This document shows, piece by piece, positions 37,795 through 50,100 of a stretch of 64,000 nt of DNA; within the stretch, counting starts at the first letter, position 1; every line of letters begins with the position of its first letter. The notes under the pieces are model-generated. The model saw nothing but the letters and a program-made list of their open reading frames with translations. It searched no databases and was not told the origin of the DNA. The translations under genes were made by a program, and so were the position numbers. Origin of the DNA: Guillardia theta CCMP2712 (Eukaryota > Protista > Cryptophyta); assembly GCF_000315625.1 (NCBI RefSeq), contig NW_005434658.1:587139-651138 (forward strand), in the 5' to 3' direction.

Positions 37795-38055
37795 GGACCT
37801 TTGACGACCCACCCCCTTTTAGATCACAATTTTTATCCATACCACCCCTATATTTCATTATCGTCGGAAGATGAAGGGACGGGACCTAATGACTACCCCA
37901 CCCTCCTAAGAAAACGACTTTACGTTTCGCTGCCCCACTCGAGATTATTATGCAGAAAAGTATATTGTCGTTGCTGTCTTCGCAAGCTTCGCGGAGGGGG
38001 TTATAAACACTGTCGAAGAAGGGGGTACTTCGCATACCCGAGGGGGGGTCCAGCA
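37795..38055. promoter_or_regulatory. Divergent intergenic region with mirrored ACCCC / GGGGGT motifs
   Basis: C-runs (GACCCACCCCC, ACCACCCCTA, GACTACCCCACCC) lie on the left and G-runs (AGGGGGTT, AGGGGGTAC, AGGGGGGGTC) on the right, between two divergently transcribed genes. Confidence 0.4.
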
Positions 38056-38126
38056 TGCCCGAGTCAGTTGTGAGTCACGATCTGAAACGATAGCGGCAGC
38101 AGCGTTTGACCTGCCGGCTCAGGAGG

Positions 38127-39874
38127 ATGCTTGGGAGATGCTCAGCATGCTACCGCATGATCTGCGAGTGCAAGTGGAAGAAGGCTCAGGAGGAAGAGAA
38201 AGAAGCCAAGACGCTGCCAGCCCACCAGCGCGGGTTCGACGTCAACAGCAGGAGCAGCCCGACCTCGCGATCAAGCAAGAGAGCAGTTGACGTTCGACCC
38301 CAGTCAACGTGGGGGTCAAGACCGATGGCAGGCCCTCGCTCGCCAGTCAGCTCGAGCATCGACCTCAATGGGAACCCCAAGGCAAGGGAAGGGACTCGAC
38401 AACCTGCCGGATCGGATCCGAATGGCAACGGGGCTCATGGAAACACTCCTTCGAAACCCACCAGTGCTCCCCCCTCTCAGCGACGGCCCAGCAGCAGTGG
38501 CGTACTGACTTCGAGGGACGAGACGAACAGGAGTGTCGGCTCCAGCATCATACAGGCAAGTCGTGATGGAACTCGGCAACGTAGCCAGCGAGGCCAGGTT
38601 GATCCATCCAGCGGCAATTCCAAACAAGAGAGCAGCAGAGCAAGCGTTGCCGCTCTATCTGTCGAGTGCAAGCACGAGCATGCAACTGAACTTTCTGGAG
38701 ATGATACTCTGTGTGATCAAGAAGCCCTCGTTGCTGTGAAGAAGCAACAGGTTGAAACGATCCTGTACGTGAACCAACACGTTTCCCGGCCTCAGGCGAC
38801 AAGTGAAGATCAGCTCCGAGCAAGGTCCGAGGGTGATGATGATGTTGGGGCAGAACACTCGGGTTGCAGAAACGAACTGACGAGATCAATCGACCTGCGA
38901 GAGGATGAAGCCGCTCGTGCTCACTCGGCCGGGTTGCTTCTGCCGCATTCTCCCACCAGTCCTAATGTACAGGAGAGGGAGGAGGAGGAGCAGCAGGGCA
39001 AGGAGCAAGGTAATGCCTCTTGCTCCAGCACTCCTCTGGGGGACGATGAGCTTGCAAAGCTACAACTCAATCACGATGACTCCATACTTCCACTCGACGA
39101 TGTTGAACGATCATACTCGCACCTGGAGGACTCAGGTTGGTCAGTCAAAACCCCGTCCGAGGATGGCAGAGAAACGGTGGCCGATATCTCTCAAAGCTGC
39201 CAGGCAGAGGAGCGAGCCGATGGCGTGGAGGACGTCGAGCTGCGCTCAAAGAAGTTTTCGTCATCGTCCTTCCCGTTACCTGTCACAGCATCTCCGATGT
39301 GGAAAGACGTTGAACCAAACGGAGCAGACTCAGGAGGGCTGCCATCGAAGCAGCTGCATGGCAACAAGAGTGAAGTCAATGAAGAGGATCTCTTGGAGTG
39401 GTACTGACGATCTTCCCTTTCCCTCCCTTCGTTGTGCCCTCTCACTCACTCCGAGTCGCAGGGTGCACTCAGTGGTGGGCAGGCGGTATACTTTGGAGGA
39501 GCTGAGGGATGGACACATACTGTGTAAGATCGTGGACAACGCTTACGATGGGACCTTCCCCATGAGGAGGATCTATCAAGTCGCCACTCACGACTACCAG
39601 CGAGAAAGGAACTTCCACGTCCTGCACTTCTTCCTCAACAGCCTGGGTGATGTGGACTGAGAGCGGGTTGAGTTGAGGGGAGTGACGACCCTGCAAGGTG
39701 TCAAGACTGAGGTCAACGTGGCGTCGTTGTGGGAGGCGGGCCCGGGGTCTCTCCTCAAGTTCTTCGACTGGCTCCGATCACACTGTGAGGATCTGCAGCG
39801 GCAGCGCTTGAGGGCCTCGCACTGCTCGCCTCCTCATGGGTTGTGGAAAAGCCTAGACGATGTAAGCCAAGTCG

Positions 39875-39913
<39 letters not shown>

Positions 39914-41291
39914 CTGCTGGTCCTTGCTGCTGCTGCTGCTGGCTGCTGCTGCTGGCTGCTGCTGCTGCTGCTCCACCTCCTCCTCCACCTCCTCCACCTC
40001 CTCCTCTCCCTCTTCCTCCTTGCTGCTGCTGCTGCTGCTCTTGCCCCCGTCTTCCCTTTCTCAGCTGAAACGACTTCTTGCCCTTTAGTTGCAGCCGACA
40101 TACCAGGCTCCCAAGGCGAACGTCTCCTGGCGCACGTTCCCCATCCTTCCGATCGCGAGTCGCGGGCTGCAGGCGCGAGCGACCGATCAGAGCGGCTCCA
40201 ACACATTCACGAAGCTCACGCAAGCCGATGGGCTCGTGCGGGTGGCTGGATGCCACAAACTTGAGAGCGTCAACTCGCCGGCGAGGAGGCCCTCGTTCCC
40301 TGAGCCTTGTCCTTACTGCAGCTCCACGGTCGACAAGAAGTTGATCTGCGAGATGCAGGAGCTGGAAGTGACGCAGCAGCTCGCCCGTCTGCTGGACTCA
40401 ATCCGAGCCAATGACTCCAACAACATTCTCGTCCAGCAGAGCCTCGACGTGCTCGAGAGCTCGTTGGCTCGCACCGAGTCTCTCTTATCGCAGCTCCTCT
40501 TGCAGGTCAATCCTCCTCACGGCTCGATGAGAAGTGCAGGACAAGATCAGCGGCCGCGTCGATCGCCCCCGTCCCCGCCCTCCACTCACAGCTTTCTCAG
40601 AGCCAAGATGTTGAGCTCCTGCTGCAAGGCCAAGAACAAGGTCTTCAAACTTAGACGAGAGCGCAGGAGGTCTTGTGACCGCAACGAGCGACGGGAAGAG
40701 GAGGAAGAAGATGAGGATGAGGAGGAGGAGGAGAAGCACCCGACTCTTTGGCACACGGCTCGCTCTCACAGCCACTCCAACGAGGAGCAGGTGGAGAATG
40801 GTCATGTGACCCCAGCGAGGTTCTCTCATGGCAAGCTGTCGTCGATCTGCTTGGACGAGCCGAGCAGGTTTGACTCTCCTCCCTTCCTCGCCTCCCCTGT
40901 CTCTCAGCCCTTCAATCGCCGCAAGAGGATGCTGGACGCCAGCTCGAACGAGGATGATGATGATGGTGAGGAGGAAGAGGAGGAGGGAGACTTTCAGGGG
41001 TGTCACAGGAGGCTCGGGGACGTCGGGCTGATCGTCGGCTTCGACCAGGCCCGGAACTGCCTCACGGTCCAGCGCATCCGAGCTGGCAGCGCAGCTGAGA
41101 AGTGCGGGGCGATCGAGGAAGGGGACCAGCTGGTAGGCATCAACGGATCCTCCGAGCTCCACAGCCCAGGAGAGGTCGAGCAGAGGCTCTTGGGCGAGCA
41201 CGGCAGTCTCGTGCGGGTGAGGCTGAAGAGGCAGTGGAACATCTTTGACGTGACCCTGTCAAGAGACTCAGTCGTGGCCCTGTGGATCTAA
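38127..41291 (+). CDS. EB1/MAPRE-like calponin-homology protein with long disordered N-terminus and C-terminal PDZ domain
   Basis: EEDLLEW|VHSVVGRRYTLEELRDGHILCKIVDNAYDGTFPMRRIYQVATHDYQRERNFHVLHFFLNSLG|VKTEVNVASLWEAGPGSLLKFFDWLRSH is an EB1-type CH domain. GDVGLIVGFD...VQRIRAGSAAEKCGAIEEGDQLVGING...LLGEHGSLVRVRLKR is a PDZ domain. Confidence 0.75.
39875..40040 (+). repeat. (CTG)n/(CCT)n compound trinucleotide microsatellite inside an intron
   Basis: Directly visible. Bounded by a GT donor at ~39862-39871 and a ...TTGCAG acceptor at 40094. Confidence 0.85.
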
Positions 41292-41397
41292 GGGAGGGGC
41301 CGCCCCCTGTCAACATCAAGTAGGTTGTCAAGCTGTACATTTCATTCACTTGTTGTAAAGAAGCGGAAACGGATCGACGAGCTGGGACTCAGCTGGG

Positions 41398-43286
41398 TCA
41401 GGCCCGGTTGGAGAGGAGAGGCCTCTCCTCCGCCTTCTTCGACTTGTGGGTATTGTCAAACGCGTCGTCCATGTACTCGGGGAGCTGCGCCTGGCTCGTC
41501 TCGTATTCGTACGAGATGGAGGCTAAGGCTCCCAGCGCCATGGCCAGCGCGAAGATGTCGTACGTGATGTCCACCGACTGCGTCAGGGCCCAGGCCGTGA
41601 CCAGCGGCGAGAGAGCCCCGGCGACCCTCGAGCTGGCACTGCAGAAGGCGATGCCGGATGCCCGGTGAGTGGTGGGGAAGAGCTCGGCCGCGAACACGTA
41701 GAGGATGCAGAACGGGGTGTTGATGAGACTCTTGAGCACCATATTGCCGATCAGGAAGTCCGTCGACTCCGTGAAGTAGGGGACCACCAACGCCATGAGG
41801 CTCGCGGCGATGAAGAAGACGAGGATCGATCGCCGCCTGCCCACCCCCTCCATGTCCACGATCATGATCCCCAGAATGACTCCCGGAATCTCTGCGAGGC
41901 TCGAGAGGAAGACAGCAAAGAAGGCGTTCTCGAGCTGCATGTGATATCGCTGCTCCAAGGCGATGGGGTAGATGAACACGTGCCCGTAGTAAGTGAAGCA
42001 GCACACAAACCATCTAGAGTACTTGTCATGTGCAGGTCACAAGCATGAAGAAGTGAAGCATACATGATCATCATGAAGGTCGTGATGGACCTTAGCTTAC
42101 TCGAGAAAAGCTGTACAGCACGCGTCAGACCACAGCGTCCGCGCTCCCTCCTCCATCACATCCAGGACAAGCCAGGAATCTCGAGGCGCCTCCTCGTGGT
42201 GGACGTGCCTGACACGACCGTCCTGAGAGTTTCAACGGTCAATCAGAGGTGACTCGCAGAGCCTCTCGGCAGTCAACCTGCAAGAGAGCACTCCGACTTC
42301 CCGTGTTGACGACCGCCACCTCCTCGAGCAGCGCGTCCAGCTCATCCTCGCGGCCCTGCAGGAGAACCTCTTAAGACCCGCGAACCTCCCGAGCTGGACA
42401 CGCACCTGAGTCAAGAGGAAGTGCGGGCTCTCTGGCATGTAAAACCATACTAGCGGAACTGCAATGATGTCCGGCAGCACGCAGGCGATCAGCAAGGTTC
42501 TCCACCTGCAGCAGGTTGCGGTCAGAGGTCACGGGGAACTCAGGCAGAGCTTGCCAGTCAGGGGAGGTGTCGAGCGTGTGGATGATGATCCCAGCCAAGC
42601 ACACGAACATCTCTCCTGCCGAGAAGGCGAAGCCAGACAGCGCCATGCCGTAAAACCCTCGGCTCTTGGAGGGCGTCAGCTCCACGAGGATCGTCATGGA
42701 CACCGGCAGCTTGCAGCCAACCGCGAAGCCAACGAACATGCGCAGGATGCAGAGAGTGATGAGGTCGGGAGAGAAGGCAGAGAGCGTAGCTGCTATCAAG
42801 AAGAGGACCCCGGAGAGCACAAGCGTGTTCCTCCTACCCCATACATCCCCAAGGTAACCACCGACGAGGTTCCCAAATAAAAAGCCTTGACAAGCATCAG
42901 CGCATCAAACGTTCCTCTTGTCACTCACCAGTGAAAATGACGCTGGCAAGGAGTCCTTCCTCCAGCTCACTCAACCCCCACTCCGTATGCAGCGCTGAAT
43001 ACAGCAAACTGCACAGTCAAGTGGTCAGGTATGCCACCGGCAACGTCGCTGTCTGTACCTGATAACCACCATCTCCATCCCATCAGTAATCACCATGAGC
43101 GCGAATATGAACAAGAGGAAGTACTGGAACCTGGTCATCATCAACATATCAGTATAATGACGCAAACCCAAGACCATCGAGCTACCTCCCCATGCCGATT
43201 GCATTGATCTGATCCTCGACAGTCGGGGCCCCTATGTTGCCCGTATCACCATGTAGGGCTTCGAATTCTGTTCTCCGCTCAGACAT
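41398..43286 (-). CDS. Major facilitator superfamily transporter, SVOP/SV2-like
   Basis: MSERRTEF...PTVEDQINAIGMGR|FQYFLLFIFALMVITDGMEMVVIS, then GGYLGDVWGRR, CILRMFVGFAVG...VELTPSKSRG, MPESP, and YVFAAELFPTTHRASGIAFCSASSRVAGALSP. Confidence 0.9.
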
Positions 43287-43632
43287 GCTGCGAAACTTTC
43301 GACGCTATGCACGAAGAGAAGACGGGCTCCCTTCAATCACCGCAGTGCTCTCTCACAATAGTGCCCACCAATCTTCACCTGAGGATCCTGCAGGGAAACT
43401 CAACATGGAGTTTGTGGCAACAAGGACGAGCAGCACACGGATTTCAACTCAATGAAAGACAGCATGTCATACCTCGTCTCTTCTTTCTCTATGAGCCTTC
43501 CCCTTCTTCCCCATCCCCCCTGCCCTCTTTTTGGGCATTGCGAGACATGGCTTTTCGCCCGTGGTCACCCATCGTCACTGGTCTCCACCTGACCAGTCAC
43601 TGAGAGTCAACTTTTAAGTCGGTCAAGTCACT

Positions 43633-43803
43633 GAGTCACCGGCGGGCCGCGGCGGTGACCGGACGGTCCGACGGTCCGGTCCGGCAGTCACTTACCTTTT
43701 ACTCAAATCATGGGGCGCGGCACGACTCATGATCTAACTTCGGCGGTCGGACGTGTCAGGCCACTGCAGTGCGGGCCGGTCACAGGGCCCCGCCGGGTGA
43801 CTC
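43633..43803. repeat. ~170-bp element with ~30-bp imperfect terminal inverted repeats in a divergent promoter
   Basis: GAGTCACCGGCGGGCCGCGGCGGTGACCGG (43633-43662) versus the reverse complement of 43776-43803, GAGTCACCCGGCGGGGCCCTGTGACCGG. Confidence 0.45.
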
Positions 43804-44195
43804 CGCGTTTCAAGGAACTTTTCATAGGGAATCACGAACTTTTGGGTGTCGTCAAGGCTCAGGGGGATTTCTGCTTCTGCGATGCACAGGCATGGGGTGG
43901 AGAAGAGGAGGGGGGAGGAGGAAGCAATGGAGCAGCAGGGAGAGAAGGAGGAAGGGAACGACAAGATGTGCTGAGAGAAAGAGGACAGGTGGGACAAACA
44001 AGCGGTAAAGTGGATCAAAGCTGCTCTTCCTGCCAGGGAGGCCAGTGACAGCCACTGGGTAACTCGCTGAAGAACCTTGGTTATGCTGCCAGCAGAGGAG
44101 AAATAGGAGAAAGTCAGGGTTAACTACAGGATTGACAAGGCGTTTGACTGACTCAGCCAAAGTTTTTACGATCTTTGTTCATATTTGTTTCAAGT

Positions 44196-47100
44196 ATGTC
44201 CACGAAGATACCCGAGTGGGTGAACACAGTACTCAAAGACAAGGACAATCAAGAAGCTGTCAGCTCGATCTTGGAACCAAGAATCATCCTGCTGAAGAAT
44301 CCAAGAGTGACTCAATCCATCTCTGCTGCCGGGGATACTGTACCGGGCTTGCAAGAGATCTCCAAGAAATGTCCAAAAATCTTTGGCTACAAGAGGGTGG
44401 TTGATTCTTTGTTGGAGGTGCTGCGATGGAGTTCTGGATTGAGTGCACCACGTGATGGCATCGTGCAGCATCAGCTCACATGTTCGCTCTTGATGGCAGG
44501 TCACGAGGAGCTGGAGGTTTGGCCCATCTCGCTGGTTCAGGCGTATCTCGAGGACGCATCGGAGAAACGGATGTGGGTGGATATCCCACAGGCGTCGGTT
44601 CTCGTTTCGAACATCCTGACTGCATTCCCGGGGCAGTCTGATGCCACGTCGGTCGTGTCAGACACCAAGTCACAATCGTCATCGAAGGAGCCTGACAGCA
44701 AACGAAGAAAGATCGCGGCCTCGGAGTCTCCCTCGCTCCGCCCAACCTCTGCCAACTCGGGGGCGAGTGCATCTTACTTCAACGAAGAAGGCATGGAGAA
44801 CCTAGAGCTCTCTTCTTCCTCCGGCGCTCCAGCGGAAAAGTCTCCGGTCCGCCCACGGTTCAGGAGCGCACCACTGCAGCAGGAGATTGCAAGGATTTCC
44901 TTGGAGGTGGTGAAACGCTGCATCGACCCCTCGACCAGCAGTGAGGCAAATCAGAAGCGTCTGCAGAACTTTCTTCGCGTGCTGTCCCACTTGGTGGTGT
45001 ACGAGCCGATCAGGAAGATGGTGGTCCAGAAGTTGGATTTCTGGATCAACAACCCCAACCTCGTCCGTTACGTGAAGGAGATCCTCCCCCGGCTGGCCGT
45101 CTCTTGTTTGCAGGACTCTGAGATGGAGAGGGACACCATGGTCACTCTGCTCCGAATGAAACCCAAGGCGAACGCCATCCAGATGCACAACGAGGCGATC
45201 GCGACGATCTGCAAGACCAACATTCACTTCCAACACGTGGCCATGTACCAGCTCATGGAGTCCGAGATGCGATCTGGAGATTTGCAGGCGAACAAGGCGC
45301 TCAGGAACATGCATCAAATAAGCACTCTTTTCAAGAATGCTGGCTGCGCTCTGTTCTCCACCGAGCGAAGCCCTGAGAGTGGCAGTGGGCTGGAGAGACA
45401 TTCGGTGTTTGACTTCGGCATTGGAAGCATTCAGTACGTCGTGCGGGGCAAGCTCAAGACGTACAGCCCCGATACATTGAAAGGTGATGCATCTAAAGAT
45501 CGTGTTGTGGTGGCGTCGGAATCCGATCTCTTCGGCGACAACTCCGATGCTGAAAACCGTGACGTGTCTCGAATCCACGACTTGGCCAACAAGCTACACA
45601 GCCTAGGAGCAGCAGGATTGGTTCTGATTGTAAATTCTTCACCTAAGAATCAAAACCCCAAGTCATGGCAGCCGGGAAAGCTGAACATCCCTGTGGTAGT
45701 CATGCCGGCTTCAGAAGCATCTGTGAGTTTCATGGAGGCCTTGCGCGCAGAGAGTTATGCAATCATGGGAAGAACTCCGAGAGAAGTCGAGCTTGCTTTC
45801 ACGCTGAAGCTACTGGCCAAGGATGCAGATAATTGCGACCTTTTACCTGTTCTTCTTCGCAAGGTCCGACCCTTTCACTCTGCCCTACCCCCATCCTTCT
45901 CGTTTTGGATTTCTTTTGTTTGTGTTCTCACTCTCAATCGACAGGTTCTCAAGTGCTGTCAGAGTTTCCAAGGAACCCCCGAGCTTGATGCTGTTGCTCT
46001 CTGCAAGGCAATTATGGATCCTGTCGAAGAGATGGAGCATGAGCCGTCCGAGGAGGAGCGAAGTAAGTGGGCATGGGCGATGGTGGAGCTAGTCTGCTTC
46101 GTCTGCATCTTCGTTGCTGGGCAGACGGTGGAGGCCGTGCAGGCGCCGGTACATGCGGATAGAGGAAATTTATCGAGCAGCGAGCAAAGATTAGACAAGT
46201 CGATGTCAAAATTTCGCTATCAGGTTGTAAGGATTCAAGAGATGGCCATCTTGTGGTTGTCAAGGGTGCTTGTGCGATACTTGAAAGGGGAAAAGTTCGT
46301 GGCAGCGGTGACAAAGTTGCTTTTCTGCGACAAATCTACGTCATACGGCTCAGAAACTCTAGTCCTTGAGACGCAAGAGAAAGCTGGCATCAACCGGCTG
46401 CAGAGTGACATGGCTGTGACGGAAACATCACTCCTTGAGATCGCGTCGTGGGGGAGGAGTCGACCAACGGGCTTCTTGGTGGAGCCTTGGCTGGTGTTGG
46501 ATATCCTAGAGAAGATTATCTCACGAGCACTTTCCATCGTTGGCAAATCATCCCCTCTGCCGAGCGACGATGGTGGAGATAACTTGGATAACCTTGAGAT
46601 CTCTGTGATGGGTGAGCGTGCGATGTTTTGATTGTCTGCCCCTCTGATTGCGATTCATGTGTGGCAGGCGTCAGCATCTGGGAGGTCATACTGGAGCTCT
46701 GCACGTATGCGAACTTGTATCCATTCCTGAAAGGATTGGCTCCCTACGAGCGGCTGTGGCAGGTCGGGCGACTTGAGATCCATGGCTGCAACTCACTTTC
46801 CTTGCTCCCCAGGCTTACGTCATCATTACCATCCTTGCTGCTCTCAATCCAGAGACCCTCGGGCAGGTGGCATGGTCGAGCATCCCGACTGTTCGGGTGA
46901 TGCTTCAGATGCTGGTGATGCGTCGATTCTGCTTTCCACCTATCCGCACGGGCCAAGGGAATGCAGACGAGATCAAGTCTCCTTCGCATCCATCGAGCTC
47001 ACAGAAGGAAGAAGAAGTCAACGAAGTCCTCCAACAAGACCTGATCGCCAGGAACAAGGAGTTGGCTGCCATCGATCTGGCTCGCCAGCAGCTTCAGAGC

Positions 47101-50100
47101 ACAGTGAGTGTTTTTGTCCCTGCTCTTTGCAGTCGGCATCATCTGAGGTCATCACAGAATTTACCGGAGAAGGAGAGGTTTCAACAGCTCCTAGAGATCT
47201 CTGTCGTTGTCAACCCCACGGGGCCAGCACGCTCTCCACCGAAGGAGAAGCTGGCGGATCTTGAGAAGGTGAAAATCTCTTGATGTTTGTTTGCTGCGTG
47301 ACCTTCTTCGTTCAGTTGGACACGAAAGTTGGTCTGGGGAACATCCTGCGGCAGTCACGGAACCCCGACATGTTGCTCGAGACGATCAAAGCGCATGGCT
47401 CCGACTCCTCTTGTGTGCAGTGGCTCGGTGAAGTGATCTCGTTCGGAGAGCTGTGCTGACTCAGTCTGCAGGCGACATCCTGGAGGTGTATCCCTCCACC
47501 GTGGAAGCTCTGCCGGCAGTCACCATCTGCCAGCTCCTGTACAATCACGTGGAGCAGAATCTTGGAGGTAGGAGCGCACTTGCCGTCCTCTCGCTGCTCG
47601 CTGACCCCTCAAATTCAGTCAAACGACTCGTGACTCGCCTGGCCCGCTCGATCAAGACTAGCACTGCTGAGGTATGACAGAGGCGGGCAGAAGTGCTGGA
47701 CCTCAAGACTGATTGTCATGGCAGACGTGGGAGCAAGACTGGATGGGAATAACGTTCTTCGTTGACTTCCTTGAGAGCATCGATGAGGGCAAGAGGAAAA
47801 TTGCCGTCAAGGCCCTTGACCTGATCACCTCAGCCGTGACAAACGATGCTGAAGGGTCCGTGGTGCCGGAGCCGAACTCCAAGACTCCTGTAGAGTTTGC
47901 TGCCCCCTCGTCAACTCCCCCCTTGAGGTCGGAGGCTGACACAGCACAGGCCTCTCCTGTCCTTTCTCCCGAGATCCTGAATCAAGACAAGCAGAACCAA
48001 CAGCAGGAGAGCTGGTTGAAGGCTCTTCTGGCCCTCGACGTCCCAGATGCCCTGCGTGAAAACCTGCGAAGCAGATTGCTCGGGGCCTTGTTCACAGAGA
48101 CCGATGTTCAGCTGCTCTTGGATTATCTGCTCTGCCTGCGATCCATGCAAGATGTCATCTCAGTCTCCCTGGCGCAAGAAGTTGCAAACTTTGTTCTGAA
48201 GAGAAGAGTCCTGGTGACGTACTTGTCTAAGCTCGAAGATGGCGCCCACGTCCTCCGCAAGACACTCCTCGAGGCGATTCAAGCAGACCGCAAGGACGAG
48301 ATGGAGGACGAGAGTTTCGTGAAGATCGGAGACTATGTGATGACGAGGGATCTCGCTCGTGCCGGCATCCATGCCATCTGCTTGGAGGATGAATTCTGTA
48401 TGGAAGGAACGGAGAACTACGAGGAGCGGGAGAAGTTGATCTCAATCCTGGTCTCAGATCACGCAGCGCTCTCTGTCCTCGAGCTCGACTATCACGATCT
48501 CCTCATCATGCTTCAGTCTCAGCTCCAACGCCTCGTCGATGCGGCGCTGGGAGTCTGCACGGCCCAGCAGATGGTAGAGTCGCTCAGCGTCTTCGGCCTC
48601 AACGTCAAGGTGCTGGCTACCATTGTCTCTCGGCTTGAGCAGAGCCCAGCCGACGTCGACCTGAAGTCTCAGATCCAGCTGGGCACTGGTGCTCGCATCG
48701 TGAGGATGTTGTCCTCTGACTTCCCGCGCGAGTCATCGTGGCTGTCGGAGCGTCTCGAGCTCTCTTACGGTCCCCCGAAAGTCCTCGCCCCTCCACCTGT
48801 CGACGACCTCCTCCTCGACTTTGCCGCTCACAAGGAGCTGGCGCAGGAGTTGGACCTTGACGTGGCGAAGAAGGAATTTCCCAGCTGCCTCGACTCTCTA
48901 CGTCAAGCTGTCGGGGGCGGCGACCTGGATCACTTGAAACTAGAGATCTGCTTCCCCATGTGGAGCTCAGCAGATGGAGGGCTGCTGAGAGCGGTGCCCT
49001 TCTGGTGGGCCTGCAGGGTCGCATCGCTAAGGGAGAGGAGCAGCACGTGGGGGCCGGTCTGGACGTTGACGTTTGAACCAAAGGAAGACGCGACCCAGAA
49101 GATCTCTGCCGTGCGCAAGAGCTTTTGCCTCCTCCCTGGCCACCTTGCCGTCGACTTTGGGAGCCCGGATCACAACGTTCTCTTGTGAGTGACATGAACC
49201 TCTTTGAATCATGACGTCTGTCTCGCTATCGATTCGTTCTCTGACTTTTCCTTGGCTGTTTCTTCTGTCTGCACCTTGCACGTGATGTTCTTGTCCTGCT
49301 AGTTGGAGGTTGCAAGGGGATACTTCTTCGGTGACGAGGACCTTCTTTGTCGGGGAGACGATCATGTTAAGGTGAGAGACGCGCAGGACGATCTTGTGAG
49401 AAGGATGAAGGAGAGACTTTGACTTGACTTGTCTGTTTTCAACTTGTTTCGATTTTCTCGAGCTGTCATTTGCACGAAAAGTGACTTGCGTTTTCGTTGT
49501 CTCAGCTCGGAGCGTGTGAAGGGAACGATCGTCTCCATCAACACCAGCGGGAAGGTGAGCGTGAAGAAGGACGACGGGAGCACGTGTGAAACAACTATGG
49601 AGGGGCTGCTGCCGTTGGGCGAGGAGGAGAGGTACCCCTGATCACATCTGAAGCTGCTGGAGCCGTTGAACGAGTGATGCACGCAGGTCGAACCAGGATG
49701 CGCACTTTCATGAGAAACTCCGTGAAGCCCTCGAGGGCCCCAAGTCGTCGGGCCTGGCGTTGCAGGGCAGCAACATGGACTTGGACGAGACAGACGTGAA
49801 GTCACGTGGCGTCTGGGGCGAGTTGGTTCTGGACATGCTGCGCCAGTCGCGGGATCGTCGGCGTTACGGTTCCTCCTGCGACCTCCTCTATGCTCTGAAC
49901 GCGCTGTCGATGGTGAAAGGCTCCTCGGACTCTCTGGGGGAGATCGTCGCCTCTGCTTTCTCGGTGGGCAACGGAACTTCTTCTCGTCATGCTGTCTTGT
50001 GCTCTGCTCTTCTCCAGCACGACCGGGGCTCGGGCTTGCAGGCGTGTGCCTCATTCCTTCTCAACCATCTTGTCTTCCGCAAGCCGCAAAGCGCCATGAC

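Noticed and set aside
39673-40256. Poly-Gln/Ala/Leu/Pro ORFs in several frames
   Set aside because: They are translations of an intronic CTG/CCT microsatellite.
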